Notes under the pieces: model-generated
The model's input: the letters and a program-made list of their open reading frames with translations, nothing else
Databases searched by the model: none
Told to the model about the DNA's origin: nothing
Shown here: piece by piece, positions 36,951 to 50,722 of the stretch
Layout: every line of letters starts with the position of its first letter
Numbering within the stretch: position 1 is the first letter of the stretch
From: Octopus sinensis
Lineage: Eukaryota
Direction of reading: 5' to 3'
Assembly: GCF_006345805.1 (NCBI RefSeq)
Contig: NC_043003.1
Location: 12,524,001-12,588,000, forward strand
DNA: 64,000 nucleotides
Program-made: the position numbers and the translations under genes

Positions 36951-38779
36951 TGTGTGTGTGTATATATATATATATATCTTTGAATTGTTTAATTCGTTTT
37001 CATATGTTACTTCATTCCTTTACTTGTTTCAGCCCAAAGACTGTGGCCATGCTAGGGCATTGCATTTATGATTGGAAGTACAGCTTAGTTTGATATGAAT
37101 CAAAGCAGCCATCCATCTACTATAATAATATTATCTAAATGTAGCTATTCAGTAAAAAAAGTGTGGCTGGAGGTTTTGTGGTATCTAGTTCAGGGTCTTA
37201 CAGTCTGAATTCAAATTTGATAAGGATTAGCTTTGCCTTCATGAATACTACCAACCATACTCATTTCTTCTCATCAAATCGGAGTATATTTTGTGTGTGT
37301 CTTGGCAAAAATCATTATTTCTAATTACATTATTCATTTTTTTTAAATTAAAATTAAATTCTTTAATCTGCATGTTGAAAGATAAGTGTTGCTCTTTCAT
37401 ATCCGCCACCTCTCGTCCCCTTCGCTCACACCAAAGAAAAAAAAATAAAAGAATGTTGATTTGGTTGCTGTGGTTGTCTATTTTAAAAAAACTCCAGCTT
37501 CAATAATCAGACTTGACCAGCTATTTTTCTACCCACGTCTGCTTTCTACTGCAGTGTATTGTTTCACTATAAAACCACTTTTACTATCTAGGGTTTGTTT
37601 TCCTTAACCCTTTTTTAAAAAGTATTTATATAAAAAGTTAATGTTGCTATTATAAATTTCTTTATATACAGAATCATTTTATTTTCTACCCTAATTTTAA
37701 ACTTTTATTTTGTTTTAATTTTTGAACCATTTTTCTGTTTTGTTTATTACTCGAAAATGTAATGCATTCGTTAATATTTTTAGAACTTATGATTGAAGGT
37801 GATTAACTGTGTGTGTGGGAATGTTTGTGTTTTCAAAATAAATATGTATTCTTTTCATCTTATAAATAATAATATATGAGATTAGTCTTATCTCAATGTT
37901 TGTAAATAATTTAATACAAGATTAGAACAGGAATACCCTAAATATTCAACTGAATAAAATTGAGGTAGTATATAAAAATATATATATATAAAAGTAATTT
38001 ATTTCCCTACTGATATATCTAATTTGAGACAAAACAAAAATAATATAATCATATAAGTTCTATTTTTTTTAAATGGTATTTAATTTCTCTCCTATATAAA
38101 ATAAGATAAACAATTAAATATACAAAAATATTGTTTTTATTACATTGTAATATTTTTTTACATATGACTTTACTTTGCAGCAACTTCATATATTTCTTCT
38201 AATTCAACTAATTGTATTTTTATTCTTTGCATTTAAAATTACATTTAATTAATTATTAACCAATACTCATTATCAGTAGACAGATAACTTATATAGACAC
38301 AGAGAACTTAAGATAAAATCTCTTGAAGACACACTACCAACACTTGTAAAGTTTCTAAGCCAGCTTAGCAAAGAAATCCTAACAGCTGAATAGAATGTTA
38401 GAACCTACTGTAATCTCAAAATCTACATGGTATTGCATTCTATCTTATACATTTTGTGTGTTTGTTTATATATTAAAAATAAGATTTTATGATGAATTAC
38501 TTATTTCATCTCTCCACCTTTCTTATCATCATGCTTATCACCAAAAAAAAAACGTACCCCAACAAGTAGTTATAAGACAATCTAGATGTGTGTAATTCCA
38601 TGCCCCTAAAATTAGATTTTTTTTTTATTGTTTGTGCTTTATTCAACATTATTTATTTTCCATTAAGCTATGCTGGTTCACTGTGCTGTGGATAGTTTCC
38701 AACTTACTTGTAGATAACTGAAAGATCTTAGCAAGAAAACTAATATAATACATTTATACATCATTATAAATATCTTTAT

Positions 38780-38873
38780 TTATATATATATAGAAAACGG
38801 ACGTTAAACGATGATGATGATGATGATGATGTATATATCTTTTTATATATATATATATGTATGTATATATCTT

Positions 38874-38905
<32 letters not shown>

Positions 38906-38916
38906 ATATATATATA
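38780..38916. repeat. Compound (TA)n/(GAT)n microsatellite with family C tail remnant
   Basis: gaaaacggacgttaaacgatgatgat inside TA runs. Confidence 0.85.
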
Positions 38917-39759
38917 GTTACTTGCATATTCATTTTTTTTCTTCACCTTGGTTGTTTAGTTAGATGGAATAGAAATTTAAAATGTATCAGCCACCTGAAG
39001 GATGGTTAGTATTAACAGGAAGTATCTTCCTCGAAGGATACTATTAATTTGAAGATAGGCTAACTTATATTTGGCAAACTGTAAGATAACTTCAGGCTTT
39101 GGTGTTGCTGCTAGTATATTAATACCTACTTCATAAGTTTTCAAAAGTAAGAACATTTAGTACTGCTGCAAATTATTCATAATGAAATTAAATGTTATCT
39201 CCCATTTGTGCCAGCTTATTTGAAACTATGAAGTTAGTGTATACAAGCAGATTAATAAACATCCATGAAATAAGATAACTTTCAGTTCTGTGAAGAGAGG
39301 TGGGTTTTGTCATTTTGGGCAAAGCCTTTCCTCAAAAATAATTTTGATTGGTTGGAGTGAGTCTTAATCATTCACTTTTGCTGACTCTTTCCACCTCCTC
39401 CTCCACCACCACCACCACCACCACCATTTAATGACCATTTTCCATGCTGGCTTGGGTTGGATCATTTGATAGAATCTGGTGATCTGCAAAGCTGTGTGAA
39501 TTTTGGTATGGTTTCTATGGTAGGATGCCCTTCCTAATGCCAATCGCTTTACAGTGTGTACTGGGTGTCATTTTTCCTTTTTGTGACACTGCCACAAGTG
39601 AGGTTGCCAAGTAACTTGCAAGACAATGTAAAGAAAAGAAAAGGAAAAAGAGCTTTCAACCAGTTGGGAGTGTATTTGAGAGAGAGAGAGAGAGAGAGAG
39701 AGTTCATATTGTCAGTATTAAGTTTGCAACCCTCTACTTAGCTACAATTCTTGAACTAT

Positions 39760-39975
39760 CGGTCATGCCGAGCGAAATTCTTAGCGGTATTTCAGCTGCC
39801 GCTACGTTCTGAGTTCAAATTCCGCCGAAGTTGACTTTGCCTTTCATCCTTTTGGGGTCGATTATATAAGTACCAGTTACACACTGGAGTCGATATACTC
39901 GACTTAATCCGTTTGTCTGTCCTTGTTTGTCCTCTCTGTGTTTAGCCCCTTGTGGGTAGTAAACAAATAGGTATC
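39760..39975 (+). mobile_element. SINE family D (5'-clipped)
   Basis: ttagcggtatttc...gagttcaaattccgccg...gcctttcatcc...cccttgtgggtagtaaacaaatagg. Confidence 0.85.
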
Positions 39976-41199
39976 AGTTTATTGCAATCATTTTCACATT
40001 AAATCCTGTATGGTTTGGGAATTTATTCAGATTTAAATGTTTTTGACTTTATACTTGATTTTATTAGGTTTACATGTTACCCCTAACTGATTGCATAATT
40101 TTTCTTAGCCAAAACTGACAGAGGTGCTTCTTCTACACATTTTAAATATATAACTTATATCAAAGACTATTTTTACATTCTGATTGGAATCAAGTTTGAT
40201 GGTCAACAATTGAACACTGAATCGTTATGAAAATATTTAGTTTCAGTATCAGTTCTTCAAGATCCCACCCCTTTCAAAAATGCTAGTCTTTGTGCTTTTT
40301 AGACAATATACACTGTTCTACTAGCTTCTGGCAAATAGTAGGTTCTTAACTTTTAATAGTTGAACTGTTTGATAGAGGAAACATCTTCTAATTGTAAAGT
40401 TTCTATTATCCTGTCATTTCATGTGTGGCCACCCCATTCATATATATACAAGGAAACAAATTTTGTTAAGTTGAATGAGAATAGAGTTTTAAACAACTAG
40501 CTAATTGTATTTTAATTACAGGAATTTAATTGTTCAGAGAGATTATCTTCAGGCACATTTGTATTATATCTCCTCCATTCTCAGCCCTCTATTCATGTAC
40601 ACTTCCATACTTCCTATTCTTGGTAACTTATAGTATGTCCATAAATAGTTTAAAGTTATCAGATTACATTGTTTAGTGTCTCTTGCTTGTATAAATAAAC
40701 TAGTGTTTAATGTCTGTTGCATAATTGTTGAAATCATAGAGAATTTAAGCTGAAGGCTTTCTGGATCATATTTTAGGCATAGATTAAATTTCAATTCAAG
40801 TAATCTATAATGAAATTTCCCTTATTAGTCAGTTCTCCCTTTCATACTTTTTGCAGATGTTTACATATACATAAGCGCATGCACATGTGCACACACACAC
40901 ACACACACACACAAGCTCACTCACCCGCCTGCCCACCCGCATATACTCAGTTCATTATGCAAAGAAATTAGAACAAGCAATAAAAATGAAAATTATAAAT
41001 CCTTTAAGCACTGTTTCCTTTTCATTGAATTTTCTAATTTTATGAACATTAAACTGTAAGCACTTCAAAAAAATATCTGGGTAATGTTGAGCGGAGATTT
41101 TATGTATAATGTTGTTTAATGTTTTTCACCTTCCTGTAACTTGAGGGTAGGCCCTAACACACCTTCACCACCATCCTTGTTATTTTCCAACTGGGGTAA

Positions 41200-41535
41200 C
41201 CATATATCTTCCCTACAGCAAAACACCTGTTCCTGTCCCCTTATCATACTTTAACCTCTCATCACATGGCATAAAACCAACCCACTCAATTGCATGCCTC
41301 TCTAACTTTAATTAAGGGCTTTTCTTTTGCAGGTTACTTGGGGGACCTCTCTAGTACCGGTGCCATATAGAAAAACACTCAGTACGCTCTGTAAAGTAGT
41401 TGATGTAAGGAAGGGCAACCATCCTTAGAAACCATGCCAAAGCAGACATTGGAGTTCAGTGTAGTCTTCTAACTCACCAGCTTCTGTCAAACTGTCCAAC
41501 CCATGCCAGCATGGAAAACTATCAGTGAATGATGA
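41200..41535 (+). mobile_element. SINE family C (degenerate)
   Basis: ggtgccatatagaaaaacactcagtac...tccaacccatgccagcatggaaaa. Confidence 0.7.
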
Positions 41536-42728
41536 TTTCAAAGAAGATTTTTGTACTCAATAAGAACATCTTCCTTTGAGTATACTTTATGTATTTTATA
41601 TTGTTTCCATTCTTCTGGAAATGATGTTTGGCTATGGGGAGATATTAGCTTGCAAAAGACAGGTGAGAGTTGGTGACTGGAAGGGCATCTGGTCATAGAA
41701 AATCTGCCTCAACAAATTTCATCTGACCCTTGTGAGATGATGGAGACGATGATTATAGATCAGCTTCAAATGAATAGATATTCTCTGTCACATGTATTGA
41801 GTACTATTTCTTCTGTTTGTACATACAAACATACTGAAACTTTATATCCTGTGTCCTGCACTTTTAAGACCCTTCATCTGTCTGCAACAAGTCTAGAAGA
41901 CTTTAAAATGTTGTCATTTAGCTGCCACTCATCTTATATGTATCTCATATTTTATCCTTCAGTAGACTCCTTGACTCGTTTCTGTTTTCTTTTGTCTCTT
42001 TTAATTACATGCAATGCAAAATATATAAGTAATATAAGATTACACCAAGTATGTTATAATTAATAATTGTATTCCATAAGTAGCAAATAATTGTATTTCG
42101 TAAGAAGTTGTTTTAATCCTCAGCATTGCTGCCACATTTTGGACTGTATCAGAATATATTAATTATATGGTGATACACACATCATAAAGCATACATCCAC
42201 AGAAATACAAATTCTTCTATACATGCCATAAAATGTCTATTCCTTAATAAGATAACGTTACATAAACATTCAGGTAAACTGTACTTACCTGCATCAGTAT
42301 TTATTTAGGACTAGATAAATATTTCTCTTCAGATTGCTAGCATTTGGGACAATCTTTTATTATTACTTCTCATTAACACTTTGGTGCTTTTTATCCGAAG
42401 ATATGTGTGTTTTGTACGAGTAAAACACTTCCTAATTAGTTTCAATTGCAAAAATCAGTGTGAAAGGAATTTTTAGTATTTTTTTTTTTACTCTCCTTTT
42501 CCTTTGTTTTTTTTTTTCTGCTGTTTAACAAAATTTGTTGAAACTGCTCTTGATGTAATTTTGTATAAAAGACATGGGCTTGTCTTCTTCTCTGTAAACG
42601 AAGTAGTGATATGACATCATGGGGAATTAAATACCAGCTGCTGTTCTAATTGAATGAAACTGCCAAAATTATACCAGATCCAAAATAGCATCTGATCTTT
42701 CCTTTCATGTTCACATCACTAATATATC

Positions 42729-42746
42729 AACACACACACACACACA

Positions 42747-42827
<81 letters not shown>

Positions 42828-42866
42828 ATTTGTATTTATATACCCACCAACACACAGACACACACT
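42729..42866. repeat. (CA)n-(TG)n-(TA)n compound microsatellite
   Basis: Directly visible. Confidence 0.95.
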
Positions 42867-43784
42867 TATGACTATATAAATCTGTAGACTTGGAATATCA
42901 CACTCTAGCTTGCGTTATTGACTTGGCTGAGACCTAAAATATGTAACATTTGAAATGTGAATAAGTAATTTAAAACAAGGACCAAAAACTTTTTATATTT
43001 TGGATTGCATTTTAGTATTTTGTAGCAAGATGACAATATATGTAGTTTTTAACTATTACTATTGTTGGTCTACCAAATTTAGATTATTGTCAAGTTTCCA
43101 ATTAAAAAATTTGAACATATACTTTGGTTAAAACTAATTTCTTTTTACCAATTAAATTTATTGCATAATACTTTCTCTTTTTATATAGTGTTGTGTGAGG
43201 CTGTAGAGATTTCTAGATTATTGGCTTAATGGTTTGGCATTAGTCTCTTGTATAAAAACATATGGTTCTATTTAAAACATACATACATAACTGTGCACAT
43301 ACACATATATCTTTATGTGTATATGTATCATCATCATCATTTTCATCATCATCCTTTAACGTCTGTATGTCTCTGTATATGTGTATGTACACACGGGTGT
43401 GTGTGTATATAGTTGTATTTATTAATTCCATTCATAAGTATGACCGATACTTTCTGCATGGAAATTGCCACTGGAAACTATATAGAAGCCTGTTATATGT
43501 GTCTATGATGATGTGTGCAAATGGTAATATTTCCTCACCCCAAGTGAAGAGGTAGCATGAATGAACAAATACACTTTTGGATGAATACACATGCATATGT
43601 ATGCGTCAATATATATGAATGCTTGTGTGTACTCAATGCATATATTTTGTATAATTATGATTAAAATAAGCTATGGGGAAATGACTAAAAGTGCCCTGTG
43701 GTCATTATCTTCTCATTGAAGATTTTTCATGTATTAAGTATGATGTGGCTATGATGTAAGAAGATTTTTCATGTATTAAATATA

Positions 43785-44380
43785 CTGTGGCTATGATGTG
43801 AGAAGCTTGCTTCTCAACCACATGCTTCTGGGTTCAGTCCCACTGCATGGCACCATGGGCAAATGTCTTCTACTGTAGCCTCAGACCAACTAAAGCCTTG
43901 TGAGAGGATTTGGTACATGGAAACTGGAAGAAGCCCATAATATATATATGTCTTTGTGCTGAACATTTGTCCCCTAAACTTGACAACTGATGCTGGTGTG
44001 ATTATGTCCCCATAACTTAGCGGTTCTGCCAAAGAGATTGACAGAATAAGTACTAGGCTTACAAAGAGTAAGTCCTGGGGTTGATTTGCTCGATTAAAGG
44101 TGGTGCTCCAGCATGGCTGCAGTCAAATGACTGAAACAAGTAAAAGAATATGGTGGAGGTGTGTGGCTGAGTGGTTAGAATGTTAGTCTCTTGACTGTAT
44201 GATTGTAACTTCCTGGACTGAGCAACACATTGTGTTCTGGAGCAAAACACTTCATTTCATGTTACTCCAGTCCACTCAAAAATCAGTAATCCTGCAAATG
44301 GATTGGTGTCCTGTCCAGGTCGGGAATTCATATGCCATAGAAAACAGGAAACTGATCCTTATGAGTTTACTTGACTCAAA
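43785..44380 (+). mobile_element. SINE family B followed by SINE family E
   Basis: Family B 43785-44148, preceded by a 42-bp tandem duplication at 43718-43805; family E head ggaggtgtgtggctgagtggttag from about 44155. Confidence 0.8.
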
Positions 44381-44554
44381 AATAATTTTTATCCTTTTAC
44401 GTATGCTATGTGTCAAACAGTAAACAATTTACTGATTAAAGCCTTCATTATACCTCGTGTGTGTGTTTTGGTACTTGTTATATTTTATAAGTAAATTTTG
44501 ACTTATCTGTACTACAATATGTATGACATAGCAAAATGTATCTGTATATATATT

Positions 44555-44832
44555 TTTTTTTATTTATGCGCCCTTTTCAAGCCTAGCCAGGCTCTTGGGT
44601 CCCGGTTTCCCAGTTTCTGTGGCGTATGTGTTCCCCCCAGCTGGACAGGACGCCAGTCCATTGCAGCGTTGCGAAAGAGCACAACAGGGGTCGCCACCAC
44701 CCCCTGCCGGAGCCTCATGGAGCTTTAGGTGTTTTCACTTAATAAACACACACAATGCTCAGTCTGGGAATCGAAACCGCGATCCTTTGACCATGAGTCC
44801 ACTGCCCTAACCACTGGGCCATTACACCTCCT
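44555..44832 (-). mobile_element. SINE family A (internally deleted)
   Basis: Reverse complement of 1203-1507. Confidence 0.88.
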
Positions 44833-46489
44833 CATCTGTTTATGTACAGTATATCATTTTAAGTAAAAATATGATTTGATTTAGTGATGGGCTATCATTG
44901 AATCAGAAGGAATATCAAAACACTTGTCCCTTTTTGTTTTTCCTTTACATCTTCGTACTTTTTAAAATTGTACAAGTATTTCGTTGCAGTGCAAACGAAT
45001 CAAATAACACCAATGTTTATCATTCATTTTAATGTGTTTACCATGAACATCCGCTGCACTGGGGACTCAACTTAGATTGTGCATACCTATTAAGTCAATT
45101 AGTTTAAAATCAGCAAAACATTTGATCTATATTGGAAGGAATAATTTAAATGTTTTCTTTCTCGGTTTAAAATAGTAAAAAAAAAAAATGAGTGTGTGCA
45201 ATTCATGAAGTTTTTAGATATCTGGAATGCAATTTTAATAGCTTTTTCTCTTTGCTTTAATTAGTTACCTATTTGTGTTGCATTTTAACCCTAATTAATA
45301 CCTCTCTTTTTCTAAACAACTTGGCTAGTTCAGTAGACTTTATGAGAAGCTAATACAATATTAATGTCAGCCCAAGTGTATTTCCCTGGCATCTGTCTCC
45401 AGCTTATCCTACTTTCTTAGTTTAAATCATACATTAATGAAAATAAATCAGTCAGCTGTGTATGTGTGCGTGTGTGAGATCTTCAAAAGACAGGAGATAA
45501 ATAATTTCTGATGGTGGAATACTCAAAGGAGATGGAGCTCTAACTAATAGCATGTAAAGAGTGGATTAAAAGAGCCCTTGGATGGTAGAAATCAAAGGCT
45601 GCCTGAACTTGAACCCACCTTTTCTGTAAATACGACAAATGTTCAAGTCCCCATGGGCAGCCTTCAACCTGACTTTATCCACCTTATGAGTTTTTCAACC
45701 CAAAATTTACCTGCTATTATTTATAGCTTTACCTGCTTTGAGTTTCTCAATTAAAAAGATTTGTTTTATAAATATATATGTTTGTGGTTATTTTACTGTC
45801 AGTGTTTGACCGTCCAACCCATGCCAGCATGGAAAGCGGACGCTAAACGATGATGATGATGATTCATTACGTTCTTGCCTTATCTTTTCTATTTCTTTAT
45901 AGGTTTTCTGGGGTTTTTTTTTCTTTCTTTTTTTTTGTAATTAATGTTCGAAATAATTTTAACACATGACCAAACTATTTTCTTAATTTCCATTTCTATT
46001 CAATGTTAAATTTGTATGAACTTCTATAAAGACTGATTGACTACTGTGATGTAAGTTAATGTCTCTACTTAAGTTTAACATTCATTCTTATCATCATTCT
46101 GTGATTTTTGGTTGCTTTATCTTTTAAGCATTTATTTAATTTGGACAGATAGATAAACCTATGAAACAGCCTTCTTACATTCATATTATGTCCATTTTTC
46201 CTCCACTCAAATTGTAAGACATTTTCATTCTTTTTGTGTTGTTTGTCCCTCTGGTATCCCTCTGTTTTGTTGGGAAGTTTTCAAATCTCACTTCTTAAAA
46301 AAAACTATCCAGCTGTATGATGCTGCCTCAGATAAGTCTTCATCCAACCCATGCAAACTTGGACAAATAGATGTAAAGTGAACAAACGTGTGTGGTGTGT
46401 ATGTGTTTGGATGCATAAATGAAAGGAAAAGTACTCGACATGCATAGAAAATTTTATTCACTTAAAATTGATGATTCAGTCTCACTATT

Positions 46490-46762
46490 CATGTAAAAAG
46501 CACTGATACCAGTGTCATATGAAAAAGCAGTGGTGCTGATGCCATGTAAAAAAACATTGGTGCTGGTGCCATGTAAAAAATACCTAGTACACTCTGTAAA
46601 GCTGGCATTAGAAAGGTTATCCAGTTGGTATTAGGAAGGGCATCCAGCTGTAAAAAATCGTGCCAAAACATGGAACCTGGCATGCTCTTTACCTTGCCAA
46701 CTCCTATCAAACTCCTATCAAACCCATGCGAGTATGGAAAACAGACATGAAATAATGATGAC
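46490..46762 (+). mobile_element. SINE family C 3' part with 27-bp tandem units
   Basis: catgtaaaaagcac...gtgc units then aggaagggcatccagctgtaaaaa. Confidence 0.75.
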
Positions 46763-46915
46763 CTTGTTTTCATAAAAGAAAGGTTACTAAAAAACTCTCA
46801 AGCCTGAAAGTGTTGTACAATGTCCAAAGGCCTAAAAGCCAGTATCACAAAGATACAGTGCTTGTTAGTAACAGAAAGCATGAAATCCCAGTGGCATTTA
46901 GGAAATGGTTCAGCA

Positions 46916-46965
<50 letters not shown>

Positions 46966-46989
46966 GGGGTTGGTAGGAATTTAATTCAA

Positions 46990-47640
46990 GTAATGGTATC
47001 TCTGGCAGACTGACAGAAAGAACTAGGGTGTCAGAGATGTGATTGACACACAGTAGGAGCACCTATGAAATGAATTCCATGAACTTCTCAGATAACTGTT
47101 GATGTAATTAATAGTTTCTCTTACCTCCTGTGGTGAGTATAGTGAATATGTAGTAGTTAGAGTAATGAAGGCGTGTAAGAAATTTAGGGAGTTCTTGCTT
47201 TTGTGGACAACAAAGGTTTTCTGTGTGTGTGAAAGGTAAATGACTTGAAGCATGTGCAAGAAGTATGGTGTCACATGGCAGTGAGACACGGACACTAAAC
47301 TTCAGAGACTGGAAAGAAATGATGCAGCCATGATTCAGTGGATGTGTAATATAAATGGTATGGTATGGAAATGCTGAGCATCAGTGAGTTGTGTGTGTGT
47401 GTGTGTGTGAAAAAGAAGAAAAAGAGAGAGAGAGAGAGAGAGATGGTATATACTTCAGCTGAAGTTATATACTAGTGTGGACATATGATATTATGGAAAA
47501 TATAGGTAAAATGTGTTGTACACTGTTGGTGAAGGAAAATTGAGGGAAGATGTGGAATGAATGATATCTGCTCAAGATGGAGATTATGAAAAATAGAGGA
47601 TCTCAGTTTATGAGGGCCTAGAAAAACAGATGCGATGATT
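46990..47640 (+). mobile_element. Highly decayed RTE LINE 3' fragment
   Basis: Remnants gaaatttagggagttcttgc, catggcagtgagacacgg, gaaagaaatgatgcagccatgattcagtggatgtgtaat typical of the RTE C-terminus. Confidence 0.6.
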
Positions 47641-48154
47641 TGAACCATGTTTATAGTGGCTACTTTTTTTATCTATCCAGTTTAGTTGTCACACGTTTCA
47701 CAACTTCATGTTTTCATGCTAGGTACAAAAGACAAAACTATACTATTGGTTACTAAATGAGTTGAGAGAGAGAGAGATAGAAACAGAGAGCATTGCAAAC
47801 ACTTAAATACATAAATGCATTTTACAAGAAAAATAATTTTTTTAACATCTGTTTTCCATGCTGGTATGGGTTGGATGACTCAGCTCAACAGGAGCCAGAG
47901 GACTGCACCAAGCTCAAGTCTCTGCTTTGACATGATTTGTATGGTTGGATGCCCTTTCTAATGCCAACCACTTTACAGAGTGTACTGGGTGCTTAAAGTC
48001 TTTTTCGAGTCCTTATATTAAAACTTTTCTACAAGTTTTGGCAGCCCATTTGCTAGCAGACCAGGCATAACATACAGTTTTTATCATAGTACTCCACTAT
48101 GTCAAGTGTATTGCATCTGTTATTATCAACCACAGTGCTTCTGGTTTTCATTGT

Positions 48155-48552
48155 TACTCTTTTACTCTCTTTTACTTGTTTCAATCATTTGACTGTGACC
48201 ATGCTGGAGCACCGCCTTTAGTCGAGCAACTCGACCCCGGGACTTATTCTTTTTGTAAGCCCAGTACTTATTCTATCGGTCTCTTTTTGCCAAACCACTA
48301 AGTGACGGGGACGTAAACACACCAGCATCGGTTGTCAAGCAATGCTAGGAGAACAAACACAAACACACACACATACATATATATACATATATACAACAGG
48401 CTTCTTTCAGTTTCCATCTACCAAATCCACTCACAAGGCATTGGTCGGCCTGGGGCTATAGCAGAAGACATTTGCCCAAGATGCCACGCAGTGGGACTGA
48501 ACCCGGAACCATGTGGTTGGTTAGCAAGCTACTTACCACACAGCCACTCTTG
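48155..48552 (-). mobile_element. SINE family B, near full length
   Basis: Highly similar to 8881-9281. Confidence 0.9.
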
Positions 48553-49329
48553 CATTGTTCATTCTTCAGCAATTTCCTCTTTTTGCTATACCAAATCAGA
48601 CTGGAACCTGGTGCAGCTCCCCAGCTTACCAGTTTTCAGTAAAACCGTCCAACCCATGCCAGCATGGAAAATGGACATTAAATGCTTATGATGATGATGT
48701 TCAAATTTGCAATCATTTTAAGGCATTTCATTTACAATGAATTGTTTTTAAGTCCCAGGTCTACTTTGACTGAGCAAACATTCCAGCCATGACAATCCCA
48801 TTTTTGCAGATACAGTGTGTTACTGTATAGTTGAAATATTAGATAAATCAGTCAATTTGCATTTAAATGTGCACTTTACTTACCCAGTCCTAGTTAAAGT
48901 TGCTATAATGTCAAGTGAGTATATTTTTTTGAAAGAGTGCACGTAAAATTGCTATAAAGCTATGGGAATGTATTAAAAATGTGCAGCCACTCTACCACAG
49001 ATTATAACAAAATGAATAATCTTTTGATTGTTCACCTATAGGTTTCTTAGTGCTTTTGTTATATGTTCAATAAATAAATACATATATATAAAAATAAGAG
49101 ATAGAACAAAAAAAAAGTTGAACTAGTAAATTTTACTCAGCAGTAAATACTTGTTTATGAGGACCAGGTAACACCTGAGTCAACTAGGTAAACTGGTCGC
49201 AGTTATGCTCTTAGTATTCATATGACAATGGTGATGATGATGCCATTAATATAAATTGAATTGGTTCACAGTGGAAGCCTCTGTTATGTTGTATCCTTTC
49301 AAATTTATTGTGAATATTTATTTTTAGTA

Positions 49330-49550
49330 GAGCTGCATGGCTTAGTGGTTAGGGTGTTGGACTCATGAGCATAAGATTGTGGATTCAATTCCTGGACTGG
49401 GCAATGCATTGTGTTCTTGAGAAAATCACTTCATTTCACACTGCTCCAGTTCACTCAGCTGGTGCAAATTAGCAATCCTACAATGGGCCACCTGTCCTGT
49501 CCAGGGAGGAATATATATGTCAGACAAACTGGGAAACCAGCCCTATGCTC
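49330..49550 (+). mobile_element. SINE family E
   Basis: tggcttagtggttagg A box, ggattcaattcc B box, family E core. Confidence 0.75.
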
Positions 49551-49726
49551 TTTACAAAGTAATGTAGACTAACTATATTTTATTCTTTCCAGAAACTAGC
49601 TGCTATCTTCTTTTATTTAATTTCCAGTTTTGGTTTTCCCTCTATGATGTAATTTCTTTCTTTTATACTTTTATGTAATTTCTGACATGATATTTCATTC
49701 TATTTCATTTTTGTATTTTCAATCAG

Positions 49727-49811
49727 GACCGCCGGTTAGAAGACTATGGAAAACTATTACGACGTTATAAGAAAATTGAAGAAATGCTCATACAGGCTCA
49801 AGGAAGGAGAG
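49727..49811 (+). CDS. PPFIBP: Liprin-beta-like coding exon (DRRLEDYGKLLRRYKKIEEMLIQAQGRR)
   Basis: ttttcaatcag acceptor, G|gtatg donor, phase 0 to 1; continues NEEK|DR as in recalled liprin-beta DRKIEDLRQCLNRYKKMQDTVVLAQG. Confidence 0.9.
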
Positions 49812-50304
49812 GTATGCCTTGATTTAATGTCTAATGTCTCTTAATCAAATTCAAAATTGAGTTGTTCACATGGCAGGTCCTCTTTCTACTGGGATGGAGT
49901 CTTTGGTTCATTGTCAAAATGATCTTCGTTGTTATTTTTCTGTAAATATTTGCATGGTCATCTTTCTGATGAACTTTCTGGCTTGGTACCTTTTGTCAAA
50001 ATCTGTAATCCTTTTGCATTTAAACTGTCCATATCCGGCAAAAATAGTCTACCTATTTTAAGTTCAAACTGACTAGATCCAGCCTCTCACACCTATTCTA
50101 CAATGTCATTCTAAAAATAGCATTCACATCATCCAAATTTCAAAGCCACAAGATAATGCATGATTAATTCAAAACGATGTGAATAAATAAGCATTACATT
50201 TAAGAGCAGAGTAATCTGAGGGCTAAAGGTTAAACATGTCACCTGTTTCCCTTCCCAGGTGCTTTCTCTCTCTATTGAACTTCCTGTTAATCATAAGTCC
50301 TTGT

Positions 50305-50722
50305 TTTGTTATTTCTTTATTGCCCACAAGGGACTAAACATAGAGAGGACAAACAAGGACAGATAAAGTGATTAAGTCAATTAAACTGACCCCAGTGCAT
50401 AACTGGTAATTAATTTATCGACCCCGAAAGAATGAAAGGTAAAGTCGACCTCTGTGGAATTTGAACTCAAAACGTAACAGCAGACAAAATACCTATTTCT
50501 TTACTGTCACAAGGGGCTACACACAGAGGAGTCAAACAAGGACAAAAGGATTAAGTCGATTATATTGATCCCAGTGCGTAACTGGTACTTATTTAATTGA
50601 CCCCGAAAGGATGAAAGGTAAAGTCGACCTCAGCAGAATTTGAACTCAGAACGTAACGGCAGATGAAATACCGCTAAGCATTTCGCCCAGCATGCTAACA
50701 TTTCTGCCAGCTCGCTGCCTTC
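50305..50722 (-). mobile_element. SINE family D with duplicated 3' part, inserted in a decayed LINE (CR1-like) 3' end
   Basis: Target duplication aagtccttgt at 50295-50304 and 50723-50732; downstream ttctttcctcaagctgctgctctctgga (FFP...LW-like) and A-rich end near 50930. Confidence 0.8.
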
